This document shows, piece after piece, positions 56,341 to 64,000 of a DNA stretch of 64,000 nt (its first letter is position 1; each line of letters opens with the position of its first letter). Source of the DNA: an uncultured Candidatus Saccharibacteria bacterium (GTDB taxonomy: Bacteria; Patescibacteriota; Saccharimonadia; Saccharimonadales; Saccharimonadaceae). The DNA lies in the NCBI GenBank assembly GCA_964477195.1, contig CAYZCX010000005.1:11832-75831 (forward strand), read 5' to 3'. Position numbers and translations under genes: made by a program. A model generated the notes under the pieces. That model saw nothing but the letters and a program-made list of their open reading frames with translations, did no database searches and was not told the DNA's origin.

Positions 56341-57456
56341 TTATAGTGGCGCCAATAATTCCTGAGCGCGACGCTTATACATTGCGCTATCTTGCGCCGT
56401 TACAACAAATCGCGGTGGAATCGATCCATTTGCCGTCATATTTGCACCTCGATAGCCAAGTGCACGAACAGTCTGCGCATTTATGGGCGGAGAGTATGTG
56501 TCGGGTCTTCGAAGGGAAGCGGCGGTTATGATATTCTCTATCGATTCATCTGTATCAAGTGGCGCAAATTGGTACAGCCCTCTCTCAAAGCCCAATACTT
56601 GCCGTAGCGCAATAACCGCCTGAAGATCATGGACCGAGAGCGCTGGATAGTTTTTGAGTTCTCGTCCCTCGGCCTGCCGTCGTAATTGCTCTTGCTTATG
56701 ACGCTCTTCGGCACGGGCTCGATGACGCACGAAAATATCGCTGATCTCCGGGTGAACACCTAATCGTGTCAATTCCTCGGCACCAGTAAATGTCACGCTA
56801 GGATGGCGTGTAATATCCGAGGGGACATTGTACATATCACCCGGATAATTTATATAGGCATCAAGCGCACTTAACATATCGACATCGACGTTAAATGCCA
56901 GCTTACTATAAATAGCTCTTTCGGATATATGAAACCCGGCTTGTGCGGCGAGATGGCCAAGTTTCCGACGAATCGTAGGAATCTGTTGTATTCTCGAAAT
57001 CTCACTAAATGGACCGCCTACAACTGGGTGAATCCGACCTGAAAGCGAATCCATATAGCGAAGAGCATCATCAAAGTCGCCAGCAATCGCTGCTCGCCCC
57101 TGACCATGAGCATCGCCATAGATATCATAATCTTCATGCCGCACATGCGCCTGATGAGGAATAGGAGAAGTGATGGAAGTATCTTCGATATCGAGCCCCG
57201 AAAACACCGGAACATCCACTCCAGCTCGCTCAAAAAGTCCTGCCATACGTGCCGTGTGCAATCGATGAACTGCGCGCGAATCTTCGATATTGCGTGAAGC
57301 ATCCGGAGCGCCGTCCTCATAATTTACCGCCGTGGCCGATACAACCACTCCGGCAAGACGAACTTCATCATTATCAAATCCCTTCAGCGCACCCCACGCA
57401 CATGCCTGATTGTCGGCGTTTGGGCCGTCAACAAATACCATCACGCGCTCAGTCAC
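56341..57456 (-). CDS. nucleoside-hydrolase-like (IUNH fold) protein with altered N-terminal Asp motif
   Basis: By-eye colinearity with RihA-type enzymes: VFVDGPNADNQA vs DxDPGxDDA, VPVFSG, FNVDVD vs FNIyvDPEA, SVHDLQAVIAL vs PLHDPlAvA. The fold call is tentative. Confidence 0.45.
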   Translation of the reverse strand: MTERVMVFVDGPNADNQACAWGALKGFDNDEVRLAGVVVSATAVNYEDGAPDASRNIEDSRAVHRLHTARMAGLFERAGVDVPVFSGLDIEDTSITSPIPHQAHVRHEDYDIYGDAHGQGRAAIAGDFDDALRYMDSLSGRIHPVVGGPFSEISRIQQIPTIRRKLGHLAAQAGFHISERAIYSKLAFNVDVDMLSALDAYINYPGDMYNVPSDITRHPSVTFTGAEELTRLGVHPEISDIFVRHRARAEERHKQEQLRRQAEGRELKNYPALSVHDLQAVIALRQVLGFERGLYQFAPLDTDESIENIITAASLRRPDTYSPPINAQTVRALGYRGANMTANGSIPPRFVVTAQDSAMYKRRAQELLAPL

Positions 57457-57603
57457 AAGATGTCTCCTTTTTACTTTTACTAGTTTATGAGTATGACACA
57501 GAACGTATGTATAATTCCATAATCACAAAAATATTAAGAGGTGATTAAAAGTTGTTGTGAGATATATCACATTTGTGGACTATCGGAGTGGTAAACTCAA
57601 ATC

Positions 57604-58251
57604 ATGAATGGTGCGGGGAAGGCAAAGGCCGAAGGGTTCTTCAGGCGATACAATACAAAAACCTACAAAAAAGATCAGGTTATACTTCTCGCTAACGATA
57701 AGCCAAAATACGCTTACTATATAACCGAGGGATGGGTGAAGCAGTACGATATCACCCAAAAGGGAAATGAAGTTGTCGTTAATGTTTTCAAGCCAGGTAG
57801 TTCTTTTTTGACCCTCACCGCGCTAACCGGCCTCCCGAGCTCATATTACTTTTCAGCGGGAAGCAATGTCAGTATGTATTGTGTGCCTATAAAAGATGCG
57901 ACAATATTCGTCAGCCGCAACCCGGACGTCCTCAAAGACATGCTCATTAGCGCATACATAGGATACGAAGACTTATTGCGCCGCATGACCTACCTTATGA
58001 AAGGTGGGGCAAGTGGAAGAGTGATCTTTGAGATCTTATTTGAAGTTCGTGGCCAAAATGGCAGAATCCTCGGAAATGTTCGTTCACTGTCTATCACCGA
58101 GTCCGATCTCGCACTTCGCGCCGGGCTTTCCCGCGAAACCGTCAGCCGTGAAATATCCAGCCTCAAAAAGAAAAAACTCCTCGCCGATTCTCAAAAAGTT
58201 AAGGTGTTGAACATTAAAAAACTCGAATCAGAACTCGAAGCGCTTTTTTAA
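57604..58251 (+). CDS. Crp/Fnr family transcriptional regulator
   Basis: cNMP-binding-like N-terminus; C-terminal HTH ESDLALRAGLSRETVSREISSLKKKKLL. Confidence 0.85.
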   Translation: MNGAGKAKAEGFFRRYNTKTYKKDQVILLANDKPKYAYYITEGWVKQYDITQKGNEVVVNVFKPGSSFLTLTALTGLPSSYYFSAGSNVSMYCVPIKDATIFVSRNPDVLKDMLISAYIGYEDLLRRMTYLMKGGASGRVIFEILFEVRGQNGRILGNVRSLSITESDLALRAGLSRETVSREISSLKKKKLLADSQKVKVLNIKKLESELEALF

Positions 58252-58317
58252 TTTCTAGACATGACAGAACCCCGGAAAAGGGGCCTGTCACGAGACCTTC
58301 CGGGGTTTAATAGAAGT

Positions 58318-58905
58318 TTACCATTCGAAATCCTCTTCACCGTAGGGCGCAGGAGGAATATATCGTGAAGCCGACTCTTCTTGCGCCCTCTCTCCGCCTT
58401 TTGCCCGAACGATCTTCGTACCGGCTTTCGCGTTATAGCTGATCATCTGTTGCTTGTACCTTGCCCACCCCTTTAGAAAGATCTCGAGAGTGACAATTCG
58501 TTCGTATGTACTTGCGACGCTTTGGGCAAATTCTATCCCCGCATCAGTGACCGCATGGCTATATCCTCCAGGACCAAACAGCCTATCCGGTGTCAGCTCA
58601 CCTCGAGGTACAACCAACAAAACACTGTACTGATCCGATCCTGTGATAATGCGGCGCAATTCTCTCTTGCCAGGATGCTTGTCTCCTTCAAAAATGACAC
58701 TCCGCTCAGATACAAAATCCGCCAAGTCCCAGCTCTCCAGAGCAAGCATCTTGACCGAGCTCAGTACACCTCCCGCTCCTCGGGCATACGACGAAAAGAC
58801 ACTTGAGCCTCGTCGCGCCCACACGTCTGGCTTTTCCTCACGAAGCCACGCCAGCCCCATGATAAAAAGCTGATATAACTGCTCGACAGGGTTATCGTCC
58901 GACAT
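58318..58905 (-). CDS. hypothetical protein
   Basis: ATG 58905 (MSDDNPVEQ) with RBS GGGGAGG; 195 aa; no motif recognised. Confidence 0.55.
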   Translation of the reverse strand: MSDDNPVEQLYQLFIMGLAWLREEKPDVWARRGSSVFSSYARGAGGVLSSVKMLALESWDLADFVSERSVIFEGDKHPGKRELRRIITGSDQYSVLLVVPRGELTPDRLFGPGGYSHAVTDAGIEFAQSVASTYERIVTLEIFLKGWARYKQQMISYNAKAGTKIVRAKGGERAQEESASRYIPPAPYGEEDFEW

Positions 58906-58997
58906 CCAAGCCTCCCCTTGAGAACACAATAGACTTCCTTATCTGTTGTACCACTATCCTAAGCGGACGCCAACCACAAGCGCATCTATACATTATT

Positions 58998-59026
58998 ATT
59001 GACTTTATTACTACAATATGGTAGTA
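58998..59026 (+). promoter_or_regulatory. sigma70-like promoter TTGACT-N17-TAGTAT
   Basis: TTGACT 58998-59003, TAGTAT 59021-26. Confidence 0.45.
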
Positions 59027-59093
59027 TTGAGATTAATCCATACTACGGCCTTTGAGAGACCGCCCCGGAGAAATATTTTAACGGAGGAAACTC

Positions 59094-59792
59094 ATGAAAA
59101 TCAGTAAGGTATTACTTAGTGCTGCAATTATAGGCACCGTGGCCGTCGCCGGCCTCTCTACAACAGCTTTCGCATGGCACCCTAAAGGTGTTATCTCAAA
59201 GAAAGTTCAAAACATCACCACCGGCAGCGCACTTGTCGAAGCCGACACAGTCGGTACGGCCGTTGCTGCTAAACCTGGCGATACATTAAAGTATGTTATT
59301 GAAGTCCGAAACGACGGAACGCCAGATGAAAAAGGTTACAACGACATGGCAAAGACTGTCATGACCGATACGCTGCCATCGGGTATTGAGCTTGCGAGCA
59401 ATCCTGCCCAGCGTCAAATTACCGAAAATCTTGGTCTTATTAAACCTGGCCAGAAGGTAAGCAAAGAGTACCTCGTAAAGGTAACCGCCTCAAAAAGCGG
59501 TTCGATCCAGAACACCGCATGTTTCACTGGTGATAGCACTGCAAATGACAACCCACAAAAGGGCTGTAACCCTGCGGTCGTGACCGTAACAGTCCCTAAA
59601 ACCCCTGAAACTCCCGTCACACCAACAACACCCGAAACACCTACACCAACTCCTGAAATGCCAGCTGAGCTCCCTCACACAGGTCTTGGTGAAAACATTC
59701 TTGCGACCACGCTTGCCCTTGGTATAGCATGGTACGCCGGTCATCGTTACCTTGCCTCAAAGCGCGAGCTTAAAGCAAAAACACTTGCATAA
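59094..59792 (+). CDS. cell-surface protein with LPxTG-type sorting signal
   Basis: N-terminal signal peptide, DUF11-like repeat flavour (GDTLKYVIEVRNDG), TP-rich stalk, LPHTG plus a hydrophobic segment and basic tail. Confidence 0.8.
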   Translation: MKISKVLLSAAIIGTVAVAGLSTTAFAWHPKGVISKKVQNITTGSALVEADTVGTAVAAKPGDTLKYVIEVRNDGTPDEKGYNDMAKTVMTDTLPSGIELASNPAQRQITENLGLIKPGQKVSKEYLVKVTASKSGSIQNTACFTGDSTANDNPQKGCNPAVVTVTVPKTPETPVTPTTPETPTPTPEMPAELPHTGLGENILATTLALGIAWYAGHRYLASKRELKAKTLA

Positions 59793-59811
59793 ACGTTCAC
59801 TCGTTTTTAAT

Positions 59812-59845
59812 AAAACCTCCTGTATGCAGGAGGTTTTATTTTTCT
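59812..59845 (+). terminator. rho-independent terminator
   Basis: AAAACCTCCTG 59812-22 / CAGGAGGTTTT 59827-37 followed by ATTTTT. Confidence 0.8.
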
Positions 59846-59914
59846 CTCCACCTAAAAGTCCACTCAGCCACTGTGAATTGACGAAAACCATAAGCGCCGT
59901 GTACAGTAAAGGTA

Positions 59915-61267
59915 ATGAGAAAAAATAACAACGGTTTTACTATTGTTGAGATCGTCGTCACGGTAGTAGTAATTAGTATTCTTGTCTCGGTGGCTTTTTT
60001 TGGTTACACCCGTGTTCAAATAGATGCCCGTAATTCTGAGCGCTCCTCCAAGACAAAAATCATCACCGAAGCTCTGGAAAGCTACTACGCAAAGAACGGC
60101 GAATATCCAAGCTGTAGTGCTATGACCCAGAGCAGTAATCTGGTTAGCACAAACGTCCTGAAGGGAATTGAAACAGATGTCTTGAAGGCGCCTATGAGTC
60201 CAAGCGGAACGAATTCAATCACTTGTACAGCGCTCACAAACGGCGCCGGAAGTGATGCCTACGCGTATGTCGGTGATGGAAGTACAACATGTTCGTCGGG
60301 TGCCGCATGTTTGCAATACACCCTCCAGTATCGAGATGAGAGCACTGGACAAGTCGTATCAATTGATAGCAAGCATCGTACGCAGATTGCCGCCACAACC
60401 GGCAGTACGATTGCTGCGACAACTGTCAGTAACACTCAGATAAATCTGAGTTGGTCCGCAGTAGGTAATGCGACCGGGTATCAACTGCAGCAAGCCCTCG
60501 ACTCTAACTTCACAAGTAGTCTTGTCACGTCTTCTCCAAGCGGGACAACCGCACCCGCTACGGGACTTGTGCCAGGTGAGACATACTACTTCCGTGTTGC
60601 CCCAATCGGCTCAACAGGCCAGGGAACATGGTCAAATACAGCAAATGCCGTAACAACCATCTCTGCACCAAGCGGCACGCCAGTGATGACCGCCTCAATA
60701 GTGGGAAGTAATGCCCAGGGTGATATTACCGGCACCGTCACTTGTGCTTCAGGTACCGTACAATACCAGATACGCTCGAGAAGCACTGCTACCGCCAGCA
60801 CAGGCTCGTGGACACCTTGGAGCGCTTGGGCAAGCAGTACCACTCAAAGCATTCCCGCGTCGCAGGGCTTCCAATATGGATTCCAGACTCAGGCACAGTG
60901 CATGGGACCCGATGCCGCTAGCGCCACCTCTGCTCAAAGCAGTGTTCCAACTGCCGTCCGAGCTATCAGCACCCCAGCCGCACCGACATACCTAAGCCCC
61001 GCTTCCTTTAAATCCACCGTTCACGCCATCGTCAATTTCTCAGGCTCATGTCCGGCCGGCACGAGTACTGTTAATACAACGTTCCGCAGCCGTGCTTGGA
61101 CAGGGAGTAACTGGGGACCAAACCCATGGGCATTCGATGACTGGTGGACCAACAATACAGGTTCGAATAAAAACGTCGAATATTGGGGTAAATATGCATG
61201 CCAGACTACCTATTCCGGACCGGTGACTTCACCCGAATCATATAACTCCATAGTAGTAACACCGTAA
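59915..61267 (+). CDS. large type IV pilin-like protein with Fn3-like module
   Basis: MRKNNNG|FTIVEIVVTVVVISILV prepilin signal; INLSWSAVGNATGYQLQ...PGETYYFRVAP resembles fibronectin type III. Confidence 0.8.
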   Translation: MRKNNNGFTIVEIVVTVVVISILVSVAFFGYTRVQIDARNSERSSKTKIITEALESYYAKNGEYPSCSAMTQSSNLVSTNVLKGIETDVLKAPMSPSGTNSITCTALTNGAGSDAYAYVGDGSTTCSSGAACLQYTLQYRDESTGQVVSIDSKHRTQIAATTGSTIAATTVSNTQINLSWSAVGNATGYQLQQALDSNFTSSLVTSSPSGTTAPATGLVPGETYYFRVAPIGSTGQGTWSNTANAVTTISAPSGTPVMTASIVGSNAQGDITGTVTCASGTVQYQIRSRSTATASTGSWTPWSAWASSTTQSIPASQGFQYGFQTQAQCMGPDAASATSAQSSVPTAVRAISTPAAPTYLSPASFKSTVHAIVNFSGSCPAGTSTVNTTFRSRAWTGSNWGPNPWAFDDWWTNNTGSNKNVEYWGKYACQTTYSGPVTSPESYNSIVVTP

Positions 61268-61278
61268 GAAAGGACCCT

Positions 61279-62154
61279 ATGCAGAACGATACCCATCATC
61301 AATCTCCTCATAATGTCGCTCGCGTTGCGCTCCTCGTCGGAGCATTGATCGCCGTCATTGCCGTGGCATTTGGTGTCATTACATTTCTAAAGAATGCGAC
61401 TCCTCAGCCAACTGCAAAGCAAGAAGTGATCTCACTTTCCGCCAATCAAATAGTCAGTGAATACAGCAAGCCGGATACGATCAAAGGCTTATCGGCAGAT
61501 AAATACATCCTTCAGGCAAATGAGCCTACAGACGGAAATATCATCTACCGCTCAAGTACGGCATCGTATATTGTTAATACTCCTGCCAAAAGCCACGTAC
61601 TATTTGTGACAAAGCAGGCGGGCACCGACGATGTTGCCGCAATTCAAGACCAAACGACCGCATTCATGAAAGAGAAGGGAATTGAAAAAGCCGGTAACGT
61701 CGGCTCCGCTCGCAGCGAGAATCCAAGTTACGTCACGTATCAAAACAATACCGCTGTGTGCAATCTCAGCAGCACCAAACCAACCCCAGGCAGCACTACT
61801 ATGCCTACCTATCACAAACTCTCGTGTGCGGATAAATCAGCCATTCAAGAAGAATACGCCGCCACCGACAAATTACTCGCGCTCTACAAGTCGGCAGACA
61901 AGAATACGCCGTTCTCAGAGACGACCCGTCTCACAAAAAGCGAAGACAATAAAGCCCTTGCTATCCTCAGTCTTGGCAATGAAGAGCAGAGCACATCCGA
62001 GCTATTCGCCGCGGTTGATAACAAGTGGGAATATGTCGGCAGTCTCAACGACAATTCAGGTACTTCAAATGGAAAATACGTCGTCAGCGAGCAAGTTCAC
62101 CAGGCGATAGCCAATCCAAAATATGGCGACTTCCTAGCAAAAAACATTCAATAG
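61279..62154 (+). CDS. membrane-anchored hypothetical protein
   Basis: N-terminal TM VALLVGALIAVIAVAFGVITF; 291 aa; starts 12 nt after the pilin stop. Confidence 0.6.
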   Translation: MQNDTHHQSPHNVARVALLVGALIAVIAVAFGVITFLKNATPQPTAKQEVISLSANQIVSEYSKPDTIKGLSADKYILQANEPTDGNIIYRSSTASYIVNTPAKSHVLFVTKQAGTDDVAAIQDQTTAFMKEKGIEKAGNVGSARSENPSYVTYQNNTAVCNLSSTKPTPGSTTMPTYHKLSCADKSAIQEEYAATDKLLALYKSADKNTPFSETTRLTKSEDNKALAILSLGNEEQSTSELFAAVDNKWEYVGSLNDNSGTSNGKYVVSEQVHQAIANPKYGDFLAKNIQ

Positions 62155-62211
62155 CGCCCTTATCCAAAGAAAAGCATTAGCAATTTTGAAAGCCGGTGAT
62201 ATGATAAAGAC

Positions 62212-62832
62212 ATGAGAAAACAGCTTATAGTTTCGTGGATTCGCATTGGTCTCGGCCTTCTCGGGGCAAGCGCCGTCGTGACACAACTTTTTTACAATAG
62301 TCAGCTCGGATTTAGTATCGTCAACTTCTTTAGTTTTTTTACTATCGAGAGTAATATCCTCGCCGCCGTTCTCTTGCTTATCGCAGGAATTATAGGTCTT
62401 GGTGGCAAGCGAAGGGAAATCGACTATATCAGAGGCGCGGCAACTCTTTATATGAGCATGACGGGCATAATCTATGTCTTACTACTCGCCGGCAGTGAAG
62501 TGACACTTCAGACAACACTCCCCTGGGTAAACATGGTGCTTCACTACATTATGCCCGTAGCTGTATTACTCGACTGGCTACTCTATCCTCCAAAAAAGTC
62601 CATTTCTTACAGCAAAGCGCTCCTGTGGCTACTATTTCCTGTCATCTACGTTATCTACAGTTTTATTCGCGGCTCATTTGTAGGCTGGTATCCATATCCT
62701 TTTCTTAATCCACTCGTCAATAATTGGACGACGATTATCTTCACTTGTGTCATCATTGCACTCGGCGTCCTCGTACTAACTCGACTGCTTATTATTCCTC
62801 ACAAAAACAAACTTGTTGGCACTCGAAGCTAA
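62212..62832 (+). CDS. polytopic membrane protein (possibly Pr6Pr/FAR-17a-AIG1-like)
   Basis: 206 aa, 6 hydrophobic segments, FFTIESN motif. The family guess is from memory. Confidence 0.55.
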   Translation: MRKQLIVSWIRIGLGLLGASAVVTQLFYNSQLGFSIVNFFSFFTIESNILAAVLLLIAGIIGLGGKRREIDYIRGAATLYMSMTGIIYVLLLAGSEVTLQTTLPWVNMVLHYIMPVAVLLDWLLYPPKKSISYSKALLWLLFPVIYVIYSFIRGSFVGWYPYPFLNPLVNNWTTIIFTCVIIALGVLVLTRLLIIPHKNKLVGTRS

Positions 62833-62852
62833 AACCCCTTATACTAGAGGGA

Positions 62853-64000
62853 ATGAAACAACCCGTCCACAAATCACTCACCCTGGATACTATCGTTGGC
62901 GGAGGTCAAACTCTCGGTACACTCGAAGACGGGAAAAAGGCTTTTGTTTGGGGCGGGCTTCCAGGTGAAGAAGTAACGATCCAGGTCTTAAAGAAAAAAT
63001 CACGTCTTATTGAAGGTGTAGTGAGCGAAGTCCACGCCGAAAGCGCGGAGCGAGTAGAGCCCGTCGATCCAGATAGTTATCTTTCGACAAGTCCATGGCA
63101 AATCATGACGTTTGAAGCAGAACAACATTACAAATCTGCTCTCATTGAAGAAGCATTTGAGCTGCACAATATCATCCTACCCGAACCTATTGATGTTTTT
63201 ACAGACAATAAACAATATGGCTATCGCAATAAAATTGAATTTAGTTTTTGGTTTGATACAGATACAAATCGTCTCGATCTCGCGTTCTTTCGGCGAGGGA
63301 CACATGGAAAAATCCCCATTTCACGCACAAGTCTCGCGAATCCGCATATTACTGATGCGTCCCATGCTGTTTTGGACGTGCTCAACAGCCTTAGTATTGA
63401 AGGAAGAGCACTAAAAACGCTCCTCATCCGCTGTAGTGACGCGGGTGATATCGCTTGGCAGCTCTATGTAAAGGACATGGATTTCCCTTATGAAGCCGTC
63501 CTCAATCAAGTGAATATTCCAAAGTGCGTACGAGGAGAGGTGATCTATTCCGAGCCAAAATCGCCTGCAAGCGTCATCACAAAACGACTTGGCAGCACCA
63601 GTACCGCCAGCCTCAGCGACACTATTCTTGATACTCCATTTTCGTATGCAACAGAAGGGTTTTTTCAGATAAATCTTCCTGTCTACGAGCAGACGCTTCT
63701 CGATATGAAACAATGGGTTATGCCAGAAAAACCTTTCATTGATCTGTACAGCGGCGTCGGAACAATTGGCCTCACGATCGGTGGAGCCGACGTGACATTA
63801 GTCGAAGTCAACGAACATGCTGTCGCAGAAATGACACGAAATATCGAAGTGCTTGAAAGACAGGGGGAGGCAAAGGCTATTCTCGCCGCAAGTGAAAATG
63901 CCCTCGAATATATTTCAGCAGACGCAACAATCGTCGTCGATCCTCCGCGCGCTGGACTTCATGAAGCCGTCGTTAAAAAACTGCTTGAGACAAAACCCGA
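62853..64000 (+). CDS. 23S rRNA (uracil-5)-methyltransferase RumA/TrmA family, 3'-truncated by window edge
   Basis: Open frame from ATG 62853 to the window end (absent from the track because there is no stop). TRAM-like N-terminus, YRNKIEF, FFQIN, DLYSGVGTIGL (SAM motif I), VDPPRAGL (motif IV). Confidence 0.8.
   Translation, partial: MKQPVHKSLTLDTIVGGGQTLGTLEDGKKAFVWGGLPGEEVTIQVLKKKSRLIEGVVSEVHAESAERVEPVDPDSYLSTSPWQIMTFEAEQHYKSALIEEAFELHNIILPEPIDVFTDNKQYGYRNKIEFSFWFDTDTNRLDLAFFRRGTHGKIPISRTSLANPHITDASHAVLDVLNSLSIEGRALKTLLIRCSDAGDIAWQLYVKDMDFPYEAVLNQVNIPKCVRGEVIYSEPKSPASVITKRLGSTSTASLSDTILDTPFSYATEGFFQINLPVYEQTLLDMKQWVMPEKPFIDLYSGVGTIGLTIGGADVTLVEVNEHAVAEMTRNIEVLERQGEAKAILAASENALEYISADATIVVDPPRAGLHEAVVKKLLETKP

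Noticed and set aside
63112-63713. Tracked ORFs 63112-63414(+) and 63411-63713(-)
   Set aside because: Both lie inside the open RumA-like frame that starts at 62853 and runs off the window. That frame carries SAM-methyltransferase motifs and the two short ORFs have none.
1-64000. CRISPR arrays, rRNA genes, IS elements/transposases, integrases, reverse transcriptases/DGRs, toxin-antitoxin pairs
   Set aside because: I scanned translations and intergenic regions. I found no regularly spaced direct repeats, no DDE, tyrosine or serine recombinase or RT motifs, and no recognisable TA families. The GC-rich islands therefore cannot be called active mobile elements from this window.

Overview
All calls come from reading the ORF translations and the DNA by eye; no homology or covariance search was run. 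The window looks like a compact, low/mid-GC bacterium with a Gram-positive-type envelope. Evidence for that is two type IV pilin-like genes, an LPxTG-type surface protein and tightly packed housekeeping genes. I infer, without proof, a Saccharibacteria/CPR-like episymbiont. Backbone genes are rplJ-rplL, dnaX, dnaB, ybaB-recR, nrnA, cysS, greA, a P-type ATPase, two ABC systems, an OmpR/HK pair, yajQ, cdd, tRNA-Gln(UUG) and a partial RumA-type methyltransferase at the 3' edge. At least 10 visibly GC-richer cassettes are scattered through this backbone. My hand counts on 60-nt lines give about 55-73% G+C in the cassettes against about 42-47% in the backbone. Most cassettes carry ORFans or actinobacteria-flavoured genes (SARP regulator, PBP1A, secreted SH3b-like protein). 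Several carry a near-consensus AT-rich promoter upstream and most a GC-stem terminator downstream, and I saw no integrase or transposase. The strongest candidate for a new system is at 11.4-15.65 kb. It has a pyruvate-phosphate-dikinase-like enzyme that keeps the ATP-grasp and phospho-His swivel domains, but its PEP/pyruvate barrel is replaced by an unplaceable ~235-aa domain. This gene is closely followed (27-nt gap) by a Cys-based (HCX5R) phosphatase fused to another unknown domain. A ~600-nt ORF-free, hairpin-dense tract and a compound terminator follow. Other items worth a look are: an in-frame A-AAA-AAG slippery site in dnaX; an SRAP-family protein lacking all catalytic residues; a frameshifted TauD-like gene; a truncated isochorismatase with a duplicated tRNA-Gln 3' end; degenerate NUDIX and nucleoside-hydrolase-like proteins; and a duplicated 29-nt operator-like element in an AraC/RibD_C/MFS cluster. 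No CRISPR array, rRNA, IS element or DGR was seen.
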